A stretch of DNA of 64,000 nt, taken from assembly GCA_964016885.1 (NCBI GenBank), contig OZ024743.1, positions 239,940,001-240,004,000 on the forward strand. The letters run 5' to 3'. The position numbers were made by a program, and so were the translations under genes. The stretch's first letter is position 1. The number at the start of each line of letters is the position of its first letter. Source of the stretch: Eledone cirrhosa. Lineage: Eukaryota. The notes under the pieces were generated by a model. That model was not told the origin of the DNA. It worked only from the letters and a program-made list of their open reading frames with translations, and did not search any database. Positions 41,023 to 54,049 of this stretch are shown one piece after another.

Positions 41023-41430
41023 AGCTGTGGCACGCCGCCCAGGCCTTGCTCTTCCTCTCAACCACATCATCTTCCGTATTCCCAATCTTTGCTCCCAAAT
41101 ACAGGAAGCCCTCAACCAATTCTAGCGGCTTCCCGCCTACATTAGTGATCCCCTCTGGCTTCTCAACATGTATGGGAGCATCTCATGAGTCAGCTCAAAA
41201 GTGACACAGAGGAGACTGAGGTTGGCTGGACATGCTCACCGACATCCAGAGTTGACATTGCACTCAGTGGTCCTTTGGGAGCCCCTACATGGACACACTA
41301 GAAGAGGAAGACCAAGGTTAACGTATGTTGATGCCCTAAGGACATACACTGGTCCATTGGAGACGCAGAACATGGTAACGATAATGAGGGACAGAGACTG
41401 CTGGAAAGAACTCGTTCATGGATCTCGGGA
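41020..41430 (+). mobile_element. RTE-like LINE 3' fragment with inverted 5' part
   Basis: Plus strand QRRLRLAGHAHRH...GRPRLTYVD...RDRDCWKELV; minus strand LELVEGFLYLGA...RKSKAWAACHSL. Confidence 0.75.
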
Positions 41431-41434
41431 ATTT

Positions 41435-41529
<95 letters not shown>

Positions 41530-41712
41530 TAAAATAACAATTAGAGTATAAGCAAAGAATAGCTGCTTTCAATCTGTGAACGCAGAAGTAAATATTTCGA
41601 AAAACATTGCAACCGAAGGAAAACAGGAAGACGATACTTTGGTTCGTGAAGACGTTCCCTGGCAATGAACAGAAAAAAGCTAAGATAATACGTCGTTATG
41701 TGGATCGATGAG

Positions 41713-41789
<77 letters not shown>

Positions 41790-41874
41790 TATATTTATTT
41801 ATTTATTTATTAAAATAACAGATTAAAGTTTAAGCAAAAAATAGCTGCTTTCACCCTGAACGGATATATATATG

Positions 41875-43020
41875 CAGGATATCCGTAGCTAAAATATGAA
41901 GGAAAACAATGCTCAATCTATTGCAAGAGACTTTATTTAGTACATTTAAAGTTTCATACACTTGACATGTATGCATGATCTTGGTTTTCGAGGTTCAGTT
42001 ATGGATAGTGGAAGAGGCCTTTAACTACTGTCCCCTCATCGGGTTCCAGGACAAAATTACGAAAAAGATCCCGTTCAGTAACCATATTTGGTTTTATCAG
42101 TGGAGAGCACCTTTTGGCGAACAAAGGCGGTAATTCTCGTGTTTAATTTTTTGTGCGTGCTTATGTGACAGAGAGGAATAGGATCAAGGAGGATTTAGTA
42201 GGTCTGGCGAGGTGGGGGTATCTTGCGGTGTCGGTTTCCAGTTGGACAGGAGATTAACCATCTGATGGAAGCAATGTTTAAAAACTTACGTCTTGGAATT
42301 TAGATATGTGCTCGATGAGTATAAACTTTTGAGCACTTCTCATGTTATATTATGCGGTACTCCTTTTTCTTTTAGCTGCCCGACATTTTTGCCAGCGCTG
42401 TGATAGTTTTCATATCGGGATTCCTGAATGACGTGAGGTGCAAGTAGAACATTTGTTTAAATCGGGCCTGGACCATACCTACATATTTTTCACGGGTTTA
42501 TGGCTGGTTGGATCTCTGCTTCGTAGAGTTTGGAGTTTATATTACAGTTTTGTAGTCGACTTTCCTCCTACAAGAACATCCCGGGTTCTCAACCGGTTTT
42601 GTTTTCTTTTTTTGCAGTCAACTTGGATCCCATGGATTGAAGATTTTACTCTACCTATGCTGTTGGGTAAAATTCTTATTAATTAAGGTAATAATTTCTT
42701 ACCTACATTAGTCTTTGCATTAAGTGAGAATGGAGGCACAAACTAGATTATTATTTTTTTCCGACTTTTATTTCTTGGTGGTGGGCTATTAGCTATGTAT
42801 TTGATCTCTTCCCTGACGCCACTATCTTGTCGATTGAATCTTCTGGGTCGGACTCTATTTTACCCAACCGATTTGCTGTTGAATCGAAGTGTCGTTATTG
42901 TGTGGTAAATCAAGTCAAGCTCTTGATCACTGATAGTTCCGAATGTACGAGCGAAGTCCAAGTTCTTGTCTAGTAACAGTTTAGTAATAGAAAGGTAAAA
43001 GTCGGTTATATCAAACTGGA
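41875..43020 (-). mobile_element. Penelope-like element, deleted and decayed
   Basis: QFDITDFYLSI (RT) and an FVPPFSLNAKTNVG motif near 42705-42745. HHR-like CCGATGA-GG...GAAACTTT at about 41948-42045. Confidence 0.65.
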
Positions 43021-43059
43021 TTTGATACAACCGACGATTGGAACTCTTATCGTACTTTT

Positions 43060-43400
43060 TGAGAAACATGGACCCGCTATGGGTATGCAATGGCACACGC
43101 TTTACGAAAGATGAATCATCTGCTAGCGTTCACTATCCTTGGAGAAAATGCAGTTATTTCCAAGATTCCGCTTCTCCCTTCTTCTACCGAGAAGCCATAA
43201 AATTACCAAAACTTCAGTTTCCTGTTAAAACCAATTTTGCTCTGACCATAAATAAAGCTCAGCTCTGAGTTTCAAAGTCGTATGGTTGAATTCAAGATTA
43301 TCGCTTTTTAATATGTAGGTTGTAACGAGTAGGAACATCTGGAAATCTTCATATATTATGCATGAACGGCAAAACGAAGAATCTGGTGTATCTGGAAGAT
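43060..43400 (+). mobile_element. Helitron Pif1-helicase C-terminal relic
   Basis: CNGTR, KLQFPVKTNFALTINKAQ, GKTKNLVYLE. Confidence 0.75.
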
Positions 43401-43499
43401 TTTATAGTTTTCTTTTTCTTTTGTCTCACACACAACACGGACTCACCTCATACTGTAAACTAGACCACGCATCCAATGCAGTCGCTTTATCTTATATCT

Positions 43500-44095
43500 G
43501 TCTTCTCTTATCATCTTAAAGGTTTATTAGTTTCACGCTTTTGAGATGGGGGGGGGGGGCGTTTCGGGCATAAGCCCTTCTTCAGGAGTAAATAGGTTAG
43601 GAAGAGAGTTAAGAGGTTGTGTGGAAATACATTAAGAAAAAAGGGGGAAGGAGAACAAATAAAAATAAAAATAAACGTAAACGTAAAAATAAACATAAGA
43701 ATAAATAATAAGATGGACTAGTGGTGGAAGGGTGTGAGGCGTGTAAGGGTGGTGGCGGGTGGAGTTGGGAGAGGCGGGGGGCCGAAGCGAGGAAGGCTGA
43801 AGGTGGTGTTTGTGTATGTGTGTAGTTGTACGTGAGTGCGTCTGCGTGTGTATGTGAGAGTTTGAGGAAGAACGATATTCCATGTTCAGGAAAAGGTGTG
43901 TGTGGGGTGGGGTCTAAGTCGGTGTGTGCGTGCGTGTGGAAGGAGAGGGTTCAGGGGGTGGGGTGGGGGGGATTCCGGAGGTTGTGTATATGTGGTGTGA
44001 ATGTGGGTGGTGTGGTGCGAAAAAAAATGTGTGAGTGTATGTTCGTGGGTAAGGTCCTGAGGTAGTTCCGTCAGATGTGTGGAGGGATGCTGGAT
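43500..44095 (-). mobile_element. PLE 3' tail fragment related to 27830-28500
   Basis: Shared sequence and HHR-like CTGAAGA-AGGGC-TTAT-GCCC-GAAAC at 43560-43586. Confidence 0.7.
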
Positions 44096-44104
44096 ATATA
44101 TATG

Positions 44105-44138
<34 letters not shown>

Positions 44139-44935
44139 TACAAATACACAGAGAGAAGTGTGTTACACAGTGAGAAGTGTGTAAAAAAATTATTACATGT
44201 GAGTTTAACCGTTACTGTATGGAGAACAAAACCTACACGTTAGCAATTAAATAGAAAAAAACTAAGTCAGAATCAAATCTCTGAAGTAGAGTTTTAAATT
44301 ACTAACCTTATAACTATAAGCTTGTTGATACGAATTTAGTTCGTTTCACCACAGAAATGTGCGGTATAACAGCTCATAGGATCCCCAGTCTGCAAGTATG
44401 GGTACTGTTCCCGACACATCTAGCCTAATGAATAGAGAGAAAGCTAATAAACACGGTGCCCAGAATAGGGCGAAATCACGTGTTATTTGCATCAAATAAC
44501 GGCTCTCATTGTTGAGCTAAGAAATTCGAATGGTTGGGCTTTCCTCTCTAGCAATGGTTGGGCTTTCTTCTCTCTCAATTCATGAGAGCCGTTATTTGAT
44601 GCAAATAATACGTGATTTCGCCCTACTCTGGGCAGCGTGTCTATTCTATTAGCTTTCTCTCTATCCATTAGGCTAGATGTGTCGGGAACAGTACCCATAC
44701 TTGTTGACTGAGGATCCTATGGGATGTTATACCGCACATTTCTGTGGTGAAACGAACTAAATTCGTATCAGCAAGCTTATAGTTATAAGGTTAGTAATTT
44801 AAAACTCTACTTCAGAGATTTGATTCTGACTTAGTTTTTTTCTATTTAATTGCCAACCTGTAGGTATTGTTCACCATAGTAACGGTTAAACACACATGTA
44901 ATAATTTTTAACACACTTCTCTCTGTGTATTTGTA
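44139..44935. repeat. Retrozyme-like family C: inverted pair (44139-44509 vs 44582-44935)
   Basis: Arms of about 355-370 bp are diverged reverse complements; each holds an HHR and an ATGCAAAT. Confidence 0.85.
44700..44775 (+). ncRNA. Type I hammerhead ribozyme (family C)
   Basis: CTTGTTGA-CTGAGGA-(extended stem II region)-GAAA-CGAA-CTAAA-TTCG-TA-TCAGCAAG. Stem I is 8 bp, stem III is complete and the cleavage triplet is GUA. The mirror copy at 44320-44396 has core CTGGGGA. Confidence 0.7.
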
Positions 44936-45020
44936 TTTGAGCTCAGATGAAAATTCTCTGTTCTTCTTCGAACTAATATTATTATTACTGTGAACTGCGG
45001 AATACTTTAATTCCGATCTT

Positions 45021-45063
<43 letters not shown>

Positions 45064-45283
45064 AATTAAGTTAAGAATGTACATCCACATATGTATACTG
45101 AAATACTAGTATGCATATGAATACACACACGTGTACATATGTAGATGTACCGAGTTTTTCACTGGACACTTTACTGTGAGTGTCCAGCTATTCTGTATGT
45201 AAACACACAGACAAACCGGTTTTTAGAGTCATACTGGTTTTCGAGGAAACACCTTTCCTCTATTCTCCAGAAAGCCAGACAGG

Positions 45284-45328
45284 AATATTGGACTAGTTTC
45301 GATGTTGTTACATCTCATCAGCAATATT
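45284..45328 (-). ncRNA. Type I hammerhead ribozyme (family A)
   Basis: AATATTG-CTGATGA-GATG-TAACAA-CATC-GAAA-CTAG-TC-CAATATT on the minus strand. Confidence 0.88.
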
Positions 45329-45748
45329 TACCTATCTTCCGGCCTTTCTAGAGAATCGTAAAAGCACATATCGTTATATGCTTTTTCTATGAAAATTAGT
45401 AGTGGGCAGACTAATTTGCATAGAGCGTGAGTACGTACCGGTTCAGCGGAGACGATAAAAACAAATAACGAAACGAAATTAAATTACGTTTCGTTTGTAA
45501 CTCACTTTTGTATGACTGACGCTTAAACAATTAAGTTAAGAATGTACATCCACATATGTATACTGAAATACTAGTATGCATATGAATACACACACGTGTA
45601 CATATGTAGATGTACTGAGTTTTTCACTGGACACTTTACTGTGAGTGTCCAGCTATTCTGTATGTAAACACACAGACAAACCGGTTTTTAGAGTCATACT
45701 GGTTTTCGAGGAAACACCTTTCCTCTATTCTCCAGAAAGCCAGACAGG

Positions 45749-45793
45749 AATATTGGACTAGTTTCGATGTTGTTACATCTCATCAGCAATATT
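45749..45793 (-). ncRNA. Type I hammerhead ribozyme (family A)
   Basis: Identical to 45284-45328, offset by 465 bp. Confidence 0.88.
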
Positions 45794-46370
45794 TACCTAT
45801 CTTCCGGCCTTTCTAGAGAATCGTAAAAGCACATATCGTTATATACTTTTTCTATGAAAATTAGTAGTGGGCAGACTAATTTGCATAGAGCGTGAGTACG
45901 TACCGGTTCAGCGGAGACGAGAAAAACAAATAACGAAACGAAATTAAATTTCGTTTCGTTTGTAACTCACTTTTGTATGACTGACGCTTAAACAATTAAG
46001 TTAAGAATGTACATCCACATATGTATACTGAAATACTAGTATGCATATGAATACACACACGTGTACATATGTAGATGTACCGAGTTTTTCACTGGACACT
46101 TTACTGTGAGTGTCCAGCTATTCTGTATGTAAACACACAGACAAACCGGTTTTTAGAGTCATACTGGTTTTCGAGGAAACACCTTTCCTCTATTCTCCAG
46201 AAAGCCAGACAGGAATATTGGACTAGTTTCGATGAATATTGGACTAGTTTCGATGAACCGGTACGTACTCACGCTCTATGCAAATTAGTCTGCCCACTAC
46301 TAATTTTCATAGAAAAAGCATATAACGATATGTGCTTTTACGATTCTCTAGAAAGGCCGGAAGATAGGTA

Positions 46371-46415
46371 AATATTGCTGATGAGATGTAACAACGTCGA
46401 AACTAGTCCAATATT
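46371..46415 (+). ncRNA. Type I hammerhead ribozyme (family A)
   Basis: AATATTG-CTGATGA-GATG-TAACAA-CGTC-GAAA-CTAG-TC-CAATATT; predicted cleavage after C46408 (GUC). Confidence 0.88.
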
Positions 46416-46835
46416 CCTGTCTGGCTTTCTGGACAATAGAGGAAAGGTGTTTCTTCGAAAACCAGTATGACTCTAAAAACCGGTTTGTCTGTGTGTTTAC
46501 ATACAGAATAGCTGGACACTCACAGTAAAGTGTCCAGTGAAAAACTCGGTACATCTACATATGTACACGTGTGTGTATTCATATGCATACTAGTATTTCA
46601 GTATACATATGTGGATGTACATTCTTAACTTAATTGTTTAAGCGTCAGTCATACAAAAGTGAGTTACAAACGAAACGAAATTTAATTTCGTTTCGTTATT
46701 TGTTTTTATCGTCTCCGCTGAACCGGTACGTACTCACGCTCTATGCAAATTAGTCTGCCCACTACTAATTTTCATAGAAAAAGCATATAACGATATGTGC
46801 TTTTACGAATCTCTAGAAAGGCCGGAAGATAGGTA

Positions 46836-46880
46836 AATATTGCTGATGAGATGTAACAACATCGAAACTAGTCTAATATT
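46836..46880 (+). ncRNA. Type I hammerhead ribozyme (family A)
   Basis: Same motif offset by 465 bp; the first stem I pair is G-U. Confidence 0.85.
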
Positions 46881-47171
46881 CCTGTCTGGCTTTCTGGAGA
46901 ATAGAGGAAAGGTGTTTCCTCGAAAACCAGTATGACTCTAAAAACCGGTTTGTCTGTGTGTTTACATACAGAATAGCTGGATACTCACAGTAAAGTGTCC
47001 AGTGAAAAACTCGGTACATCTACATATGTACACGTGTGTGTATTCATATGCATACTAGTATTTCAGTATACATATGTGGATGTACATTCTTAACTTAATT
47101 GTTTAAGCGTCAGTCATACAAAAGTGAGTTACAAACGAAACGAAATTTAATTTCGTTTCGTTATTTGTTTT

Positions 47172-47279
<108 letters not shown>

Positions 47280-47329
47280 TATATGATATTTAAAGTTATA
47301 AACTCAAACAGTCCTTTACAATTAATTAG

Positions 47330-47836
<507 letters not shown>

Positions 47837-47875
47837 AATATATATATATATTTATATATATATATATAAATATAT

Positions 47876-47994
47876 GGTTGCCTTAACACCGTACGGCATA
47901 AAATTCAGGCTGTTCAGTTTGTTTACAAACGAACAAAGCGGCGTTATAATAAGCGTCCGCTAAACTGATACGTGCATATATGTATGTATACCTG

Positions 47995-48058
<64 letters not shown>

Positions 48059-48488
48059 TGCTACTGTACGTCTGTATACATATATGTATGTACGTATACA
48101 CACATACTTACATTTAAGTAAGTGCCGTACTAAGAGTGAGAAATGAAATTTCGTTTTCATTTTGTTTCAACTTATCGTTTTCGGTATGCCTGACCGACTT
48201 AACTCACTCGATATGCAAATTAGGCTGCTCAGCCGTTAATTTTCATAAGGAAAGTATATACTTTCGAACGTTCAACTATCTGGCAGAAGGGTATACGGTG
48301 CTGATGATAGCTAACAAGCTTGAAACTAGTACATCGTTCCTATGTCAGTGTTGAACAAAAAGGTGACGTGGTTGCCTTAACACCGTACGGCATAAAATTC
48401 AGGCTGTTCAGTTTGTTTACAAACGAACAAAGCGGCGTTATAATAAGCGTCCGCTAAACTGATACGTGCATATATGTATGTGTACCTG

Positions 48489-48578
<90 letters not shown>

Positions 48579-48632
48579 TGCTACTGTACGTCTGTATACA
48601 TATATGTATGTACGTATACACACATACTTACA
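47876..48632 (+). repeat. Retrozyme-like family B: ~1.5 tandem monomers (~494-bp period including a (TA)n tract)
   Basis: GGTTGCCTTAACACCGTACGG starts at 47876 and 48370. Confidence 0.88.
48295..48337 (+). ncRNA. Type I hammerhead ribozyme (family B)
   Basis: ACGGTG-CTGATGA-TAGC-TAACAA-GCTT-GAAA-CTAG-TA-CATCGT; GUA triplet and palindromic stem III ACTAGT. Confidence 0.82.
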
Positions 48633-48672
48633 TATAAATATATATATATATATATAAATATATATATATATA

Positions 48673-48765
<93 letters not shown>

Positions 48766-48849
48766 ATATATATACATATATTTGTGGTCACACCATTGTA
48801 TCAAACTCAGTGTAGCTTCGTTGGCATTCCAACGAAGCTACACTGAGAG

Positions 48850-49160
48850 GAGATGAGCTACTGGGAGAGTCTAAAAGAACTGAAACTACTCCTTGGAACG
48901 AATGCGGAAGAGATACGGGATGATATACATATCGAAAATCCTTTGGCATTGAAAGCTGGACCAACCCGCGAACAGGATATCACTGTGTGGTGCCAAAGGT
49001 CCCGTCTTTCATATCTAGAATAAGGAGCAGATATCGCAATTGCCTGGGGTTCAAAGGCCCTCAAATCTTCAACAAGCTGCTAAGAAATTTGAGATATCTG
49101 CATGTTGTGGACGTGGATGCTTTCAAGAAACATCTTGACACTCTGCTATCCAGCAGCAGC
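48850..49160 (+). mobile_element. CR1/L2-group LINE 3' fragment
   Basis: MSYWESLKELKL, GFKGPQIFNKLLRNLR and DAFKKHLDTLL resemble the CR1-group ORF2 C-terminus. Confidence 0.6.
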
Positions 49161-49368
49161 AGCAATGAACTTCCTCTTACACCTTTCGCCAGCCAACACA
49201 GGCTGGAGATAGAACATGTAACAACAAGGCGGTGACCCAGCATGGCCTCAACCGGATGGCTGGAACAGGTAAAAGAGTAAAAGCGTAAAAGTGTATATAT
49301 ACATATACATATGCATATATATACATATATATATACATACATATATATACTTATATATACATATACAT

Positions 49369-49421
<53 letters not shown>

Positions 49422-49456
49422 CACATATATGTATATATATACACGCACACGCACAC

Positions 49457-49506
<50 letters not shown>

Positions 49507-49949
49507 GTGTACATCAACCTGTATTTATATTGAGCTACACCAGCTGTCCAAGTAAGAAGAAAGGCTCGGCCCAGCAGGATATTTATTTAATATTCTTGGC
49601 TAAGATTTTGGAGGGTCATGAGTAGTGTCTGGCTGGGTTGATGCACTGTATTAGATAGGCTTGAAGATTTGGGTGTTATTGTATTAGTGGTGGCAATGTG
49701 AGAGAGTGTGAGTTAGGTGACTGTGGAAGTGAATATAATGTGTAGAAGGGTAAGCCTTGTTTTCTTTCCTAATTATTTTTTAATGTTTAAAGACGCCTCT
49801 CATCCCACATCGCATTGGTTTGTTCATTTGTAAAGCACAAAATAAGCAATCACAAAATCATAATTATATTGTTGTCTATCTAGATACATATTTATACGTG
49901 TGTGTGTGCGCACACACAAATCCACAGACACATACACACACACACAAAC

Positions 49950-50011
<62 letters not shown>

Positions 50012-51729
50012 ATAATAATAAATGTGAAAACTAAAATCCGAAGTGGGCTCGACAAGGATAATATATATAAACTTTACTCTGTTATTTTAATATATATATA
50101 TATATATATTGATAGAGATTCATGATTAAGCCAACTTAAAAACAATTTAAAATATTTTATTTTATAAAGAAACGTTTGTGTCTGAAGTTTCATATGTAGT
50201 GTCCTCGTCAGCTTTCAGGCGAAACTTCGATGTCAGTTTCAACCATTTCCTTGTAAAATAATATATATCCGCCTGTGCGCGTTATTTGGCTTGGAGTTTT
50301 TTCTTTTCTTTCCGCCTGGCGGATCCGCTGGGAAAAAGATGTGTGATGAAAGGAATTACTTTGTCTTTTGAAGAACACACAAAGCCGTTTTATTTTTAAT
50401 GCTGAGTTCAGCGGGCTTTTATTTTTTTTACCTACCTACATTAATTAATGTAAATAATGTGCAAAGAGTCAAAACGGGTAATGTATCCCAACGAAAGCGG
50501 AGGTTAGATACTTCCAGCAGGTCGAGTAAACACGAATAATGTTGTTGCTGTTGTTATAGCTCATACCTACTCTCCTATTATGAGGTTACATTTAATGATA
50601 GGTCTCATTAGTGTTTTAATGATATGTTTCCGGTGACTAGAGGCGAGATTGGAGTTCTGAACGCAAAAGACCGGAACAGATACCACAATGTAACTCACGT
50701 GATTCTATAAACATAAGTGGAAATCATTATTGCTGATATCGAAGGTGTGAGACGTGTATTTTTCTAAGCGTTGACTCTACATCTCATCAGGCACTACCTT
50801 TTAGGCAGGGTTTTAATATAAGGTAATGCTTGGACAGCAATGATACATTATAGAGAAGTGGTGAAATATTTGTGTATTTGTTGAAAAACATCTATGATTT
50901 ATGCTTTAAAAGGTTAGGTGCAGACCAGGTTGGATCAATCCACGAATGTCCATGAACCCGAGACACAATTAGTTTTATTATTATGAGGTTTGCGATTATT
51001 GTTTGCTTTATCTTTGGAAGAAGTAGAGAACCACGGCTCATCCGTTCTCATTAACCACTACTTTGATCCGTATACGTAACACAGCTAAATGAAAATGACA
51101 GTGGATCAGCTTTTAGAAATTCTATGTCTGCTGGGATTACCAGTTAGGAAATAATGGAGGAAGGGAATCTGACATGATCTGCCAGCAGATTAAAAGATCC
51201 CCCACGAGGCCTCCAGTCCTTGGTTTTTATGGTAGCTGGTCACTATTCACCACATCTGTATTCTCTGCGCATTAGAAATTGAAATTGAAATCAATGCGCC
51301 ATGAAATCAGGATCTATTAATTCCGAATTCTTGCTGGAGAAGGAAACAATGGTTAAGTGAATGTGACATGCTGTGCCTACCATAAGTTGTTATAGATATT
51401 TAATGCCATGGGACCAATTATATTTAAATTCAGTTAAACGCATGCCAAACTGAATTTGCGGTGAGACCGAATTCCGCGCCTCAAGATTGCGAAGCGAACC
51501 TCTCAATTACCCATTCATGTATACAAGACATTAATTTCTTATGCAGAAACATGGGACTTCTGAATTATAGGGAATGAGTCATTAGAAGTTTGTGTTTTTA
51601 TTCATGCCTTTTTCATGTGAATCGAAAGATGATCAAGATGGGATTTGAACAACCGATATCCATGCTATTCAAACGATTCCTTAACCCATTGATCCGTCTT
51701 GTTAGTCTTGTTGTATGTAGTTAAACTAT

Positions 51730-51832
<103 letters not shown>

Positions 51833-52667
51833 CTATCTGCTTTGCTCGGCTCGACATCCCTGAGTTTTTATAGGTTCTGCTCAACTCAGTGTGACAGTTC
51901 TTATAGTCTCTGTCCACTCGTTTTCTTAGGCTAGGATTGACACAATTCAGTTAGATTTTACTCAGTATGTTTACCTCGGCTTAAGTTTGATCAATTAGCA
52001 CGGCTCAAATTCATCCTACTCAGTCTGCTCGGTTAGGCTTGAGTTTTCGTGGATCAATTCTAGTTGGTTCAGCTCTGATGAGCTTAGTTCACTCGTATAA
52101 AAATATATAATGTATACCACAGTAATATGACGTTTATTACAGCAATTGTTTTCATTGAGCTTTTGTCGTGCAAAATCAAATACACTTCAAAGGGCCACAA
52201 AGACACAAACAGAGTTTCTGTCACACTTGAATGTACACATAAACACACAGGCATATATGTAGCTCTTTAGAATAGACGGTAAGAATAAAGAAGTAGCTTA
52301 TGTGGAAGGGGAGATGAGATGATCTAATTAGTAGGCGTCCTTCAATTAATTGTTTCATGGATTAATTGGATTTCTATTGGACCCCACTCATTAACGACTA
52401 GAGGATAATGTGGCTTAGTTAGAGTGGATAGAATACGATTGGGCGAAGAGGAAAGAAAAGAACACAGGTGAAAGAGGAAAATGTAGAAGGCGATGATAGC
52501 ATAATGATTATGACAATAAAAAGGTTGATGGTGATGATAATAATAATTGTAATCATCACTATTATTATGAATATGATGATGATAATTATGATTATTATAG
52601 TGATGATTATAATGGAGTAATAATAAAAACAACAACACCAATAACGAATATTTTATAATACTAATAA

Positions 52668-52782
52668 TTGTTTCTACTTTTGGCACAAAGCCAGCAATTA
52701 TCCAGTACATTACTGGTACTTTATTTTATCGACCCCGTAAGGATGAAAGGCAAAGTAAACCTCGGCGGGATTTGAACTCAGA
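52668..52782 (-). mobile_element. tRNA-head SINE, 5'-truncated (older copies ~53445-53645, 59150-59230, 63595-63690)
   Basis: Same core as 5484-5667. Confidence 0.8.
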
Positions 52783-52941
52783 CACTAATAATGATGACAA
52801 GAATATATATATAGAAGGGAGCACACGAACACGTCTAGAAACAAAAACAGTAAGGCCTGAACCCTGAGGTTGGAGTGAGTGTTCCCATTTCTGCATTGAT
52901 GTAACAGGCATAAAGTAACAACAGATACTCCTCCTCCTTCA

Positions 52942-52996
<55 letters not shown>

Positions 52997-53855
52997 GCAA
53001 TAACAACAACATTGATGGTATCAACAATTACAACAATAAATTAGAAATCATTCTTATTCATTTTAAAATTCAAAATGATATATTCCATTAGCCACGAGGA
53101 CCCAAAATATTGAGGACAATACAAGAATAAAAGCAAGACATCGAGTAAAGAATGGGGTTATCTCCCATGGGAAAACAGTGGATATAACAATAACAGTAAT
53201 TGTAATGGATTGTCATGATAACAATACAAAGCAATAACAAATGTTAACTAGGAATAGTGCCCCAAAAGGAGTGGGGTAACAATTTTTACTTTAGGCATAC
53301 GGTTAAACATTTTGGAGGAAGGTCAATTAGAATATATCGACACCAATATATGACTGGTACTTCAGAGAGCCGTAACTAAATATTGAGGTGCATGTTGTCA
53401 GACGCTCTAGCGATCCTTTCAAAATTGTAATAATAATAATAATGGTTTCTTATTTAGGAAGAAGGCCAGTAATTTTGTGGGGATGGGAAAGTCGATTAAA
53501 TCGACCCTAATGTGTTACTGGTACTTTACATTATCGACCCTGTAATGATGAAAGTCAGATTATCATCGGCAGGATTTAAACTCAGAAAGCAAAGAGACGT
53601 AACTAGATGCCACAAAGCATCTTGTCCGGCGCTCTACCAATGCTGAATAATAATACTTTCTTTTATTGACCACCTAGGGATAATCGAGAAACCCTAGAGA
53701 TCCAGTATCACCCTGGCTAACAACGGCAAGTTTCCTGTCCTAAATGCCATTGCCCACCCAAAGGTAGAAGCTAAGAATAAACACATTCCCTTTTGCTATT
53801 ATCGTTACTTTTACTGATTGAAAAATCAACTAAAAAATTAAGTAAATAACAATAA

Positions 53856-53907
<52 letters not shown>

Positions 53908-54049
53908 TGTAGTGGTAGTGGTAGTGGTGGTGGTGGTTGTGGTGTGCTACCACTATAACAAGAAGTGTGCCGAAAAGTGATGTATGGCTGTAAAGAGCAG
54001 CTGCAAGTGAATCGGACATTATAAAAGATTGTTAGGAGAGGAAACAAAG

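Noticed and set aside
45145-46554. Repeated 68-98 aa ORFs (MYRVFHWTLYCECP...)
   Set aside because: They are antisense to the ribozyme strand, one monomer has a stop after two codons (ATGTACTGA at ~45610), and no domain is recognisable.
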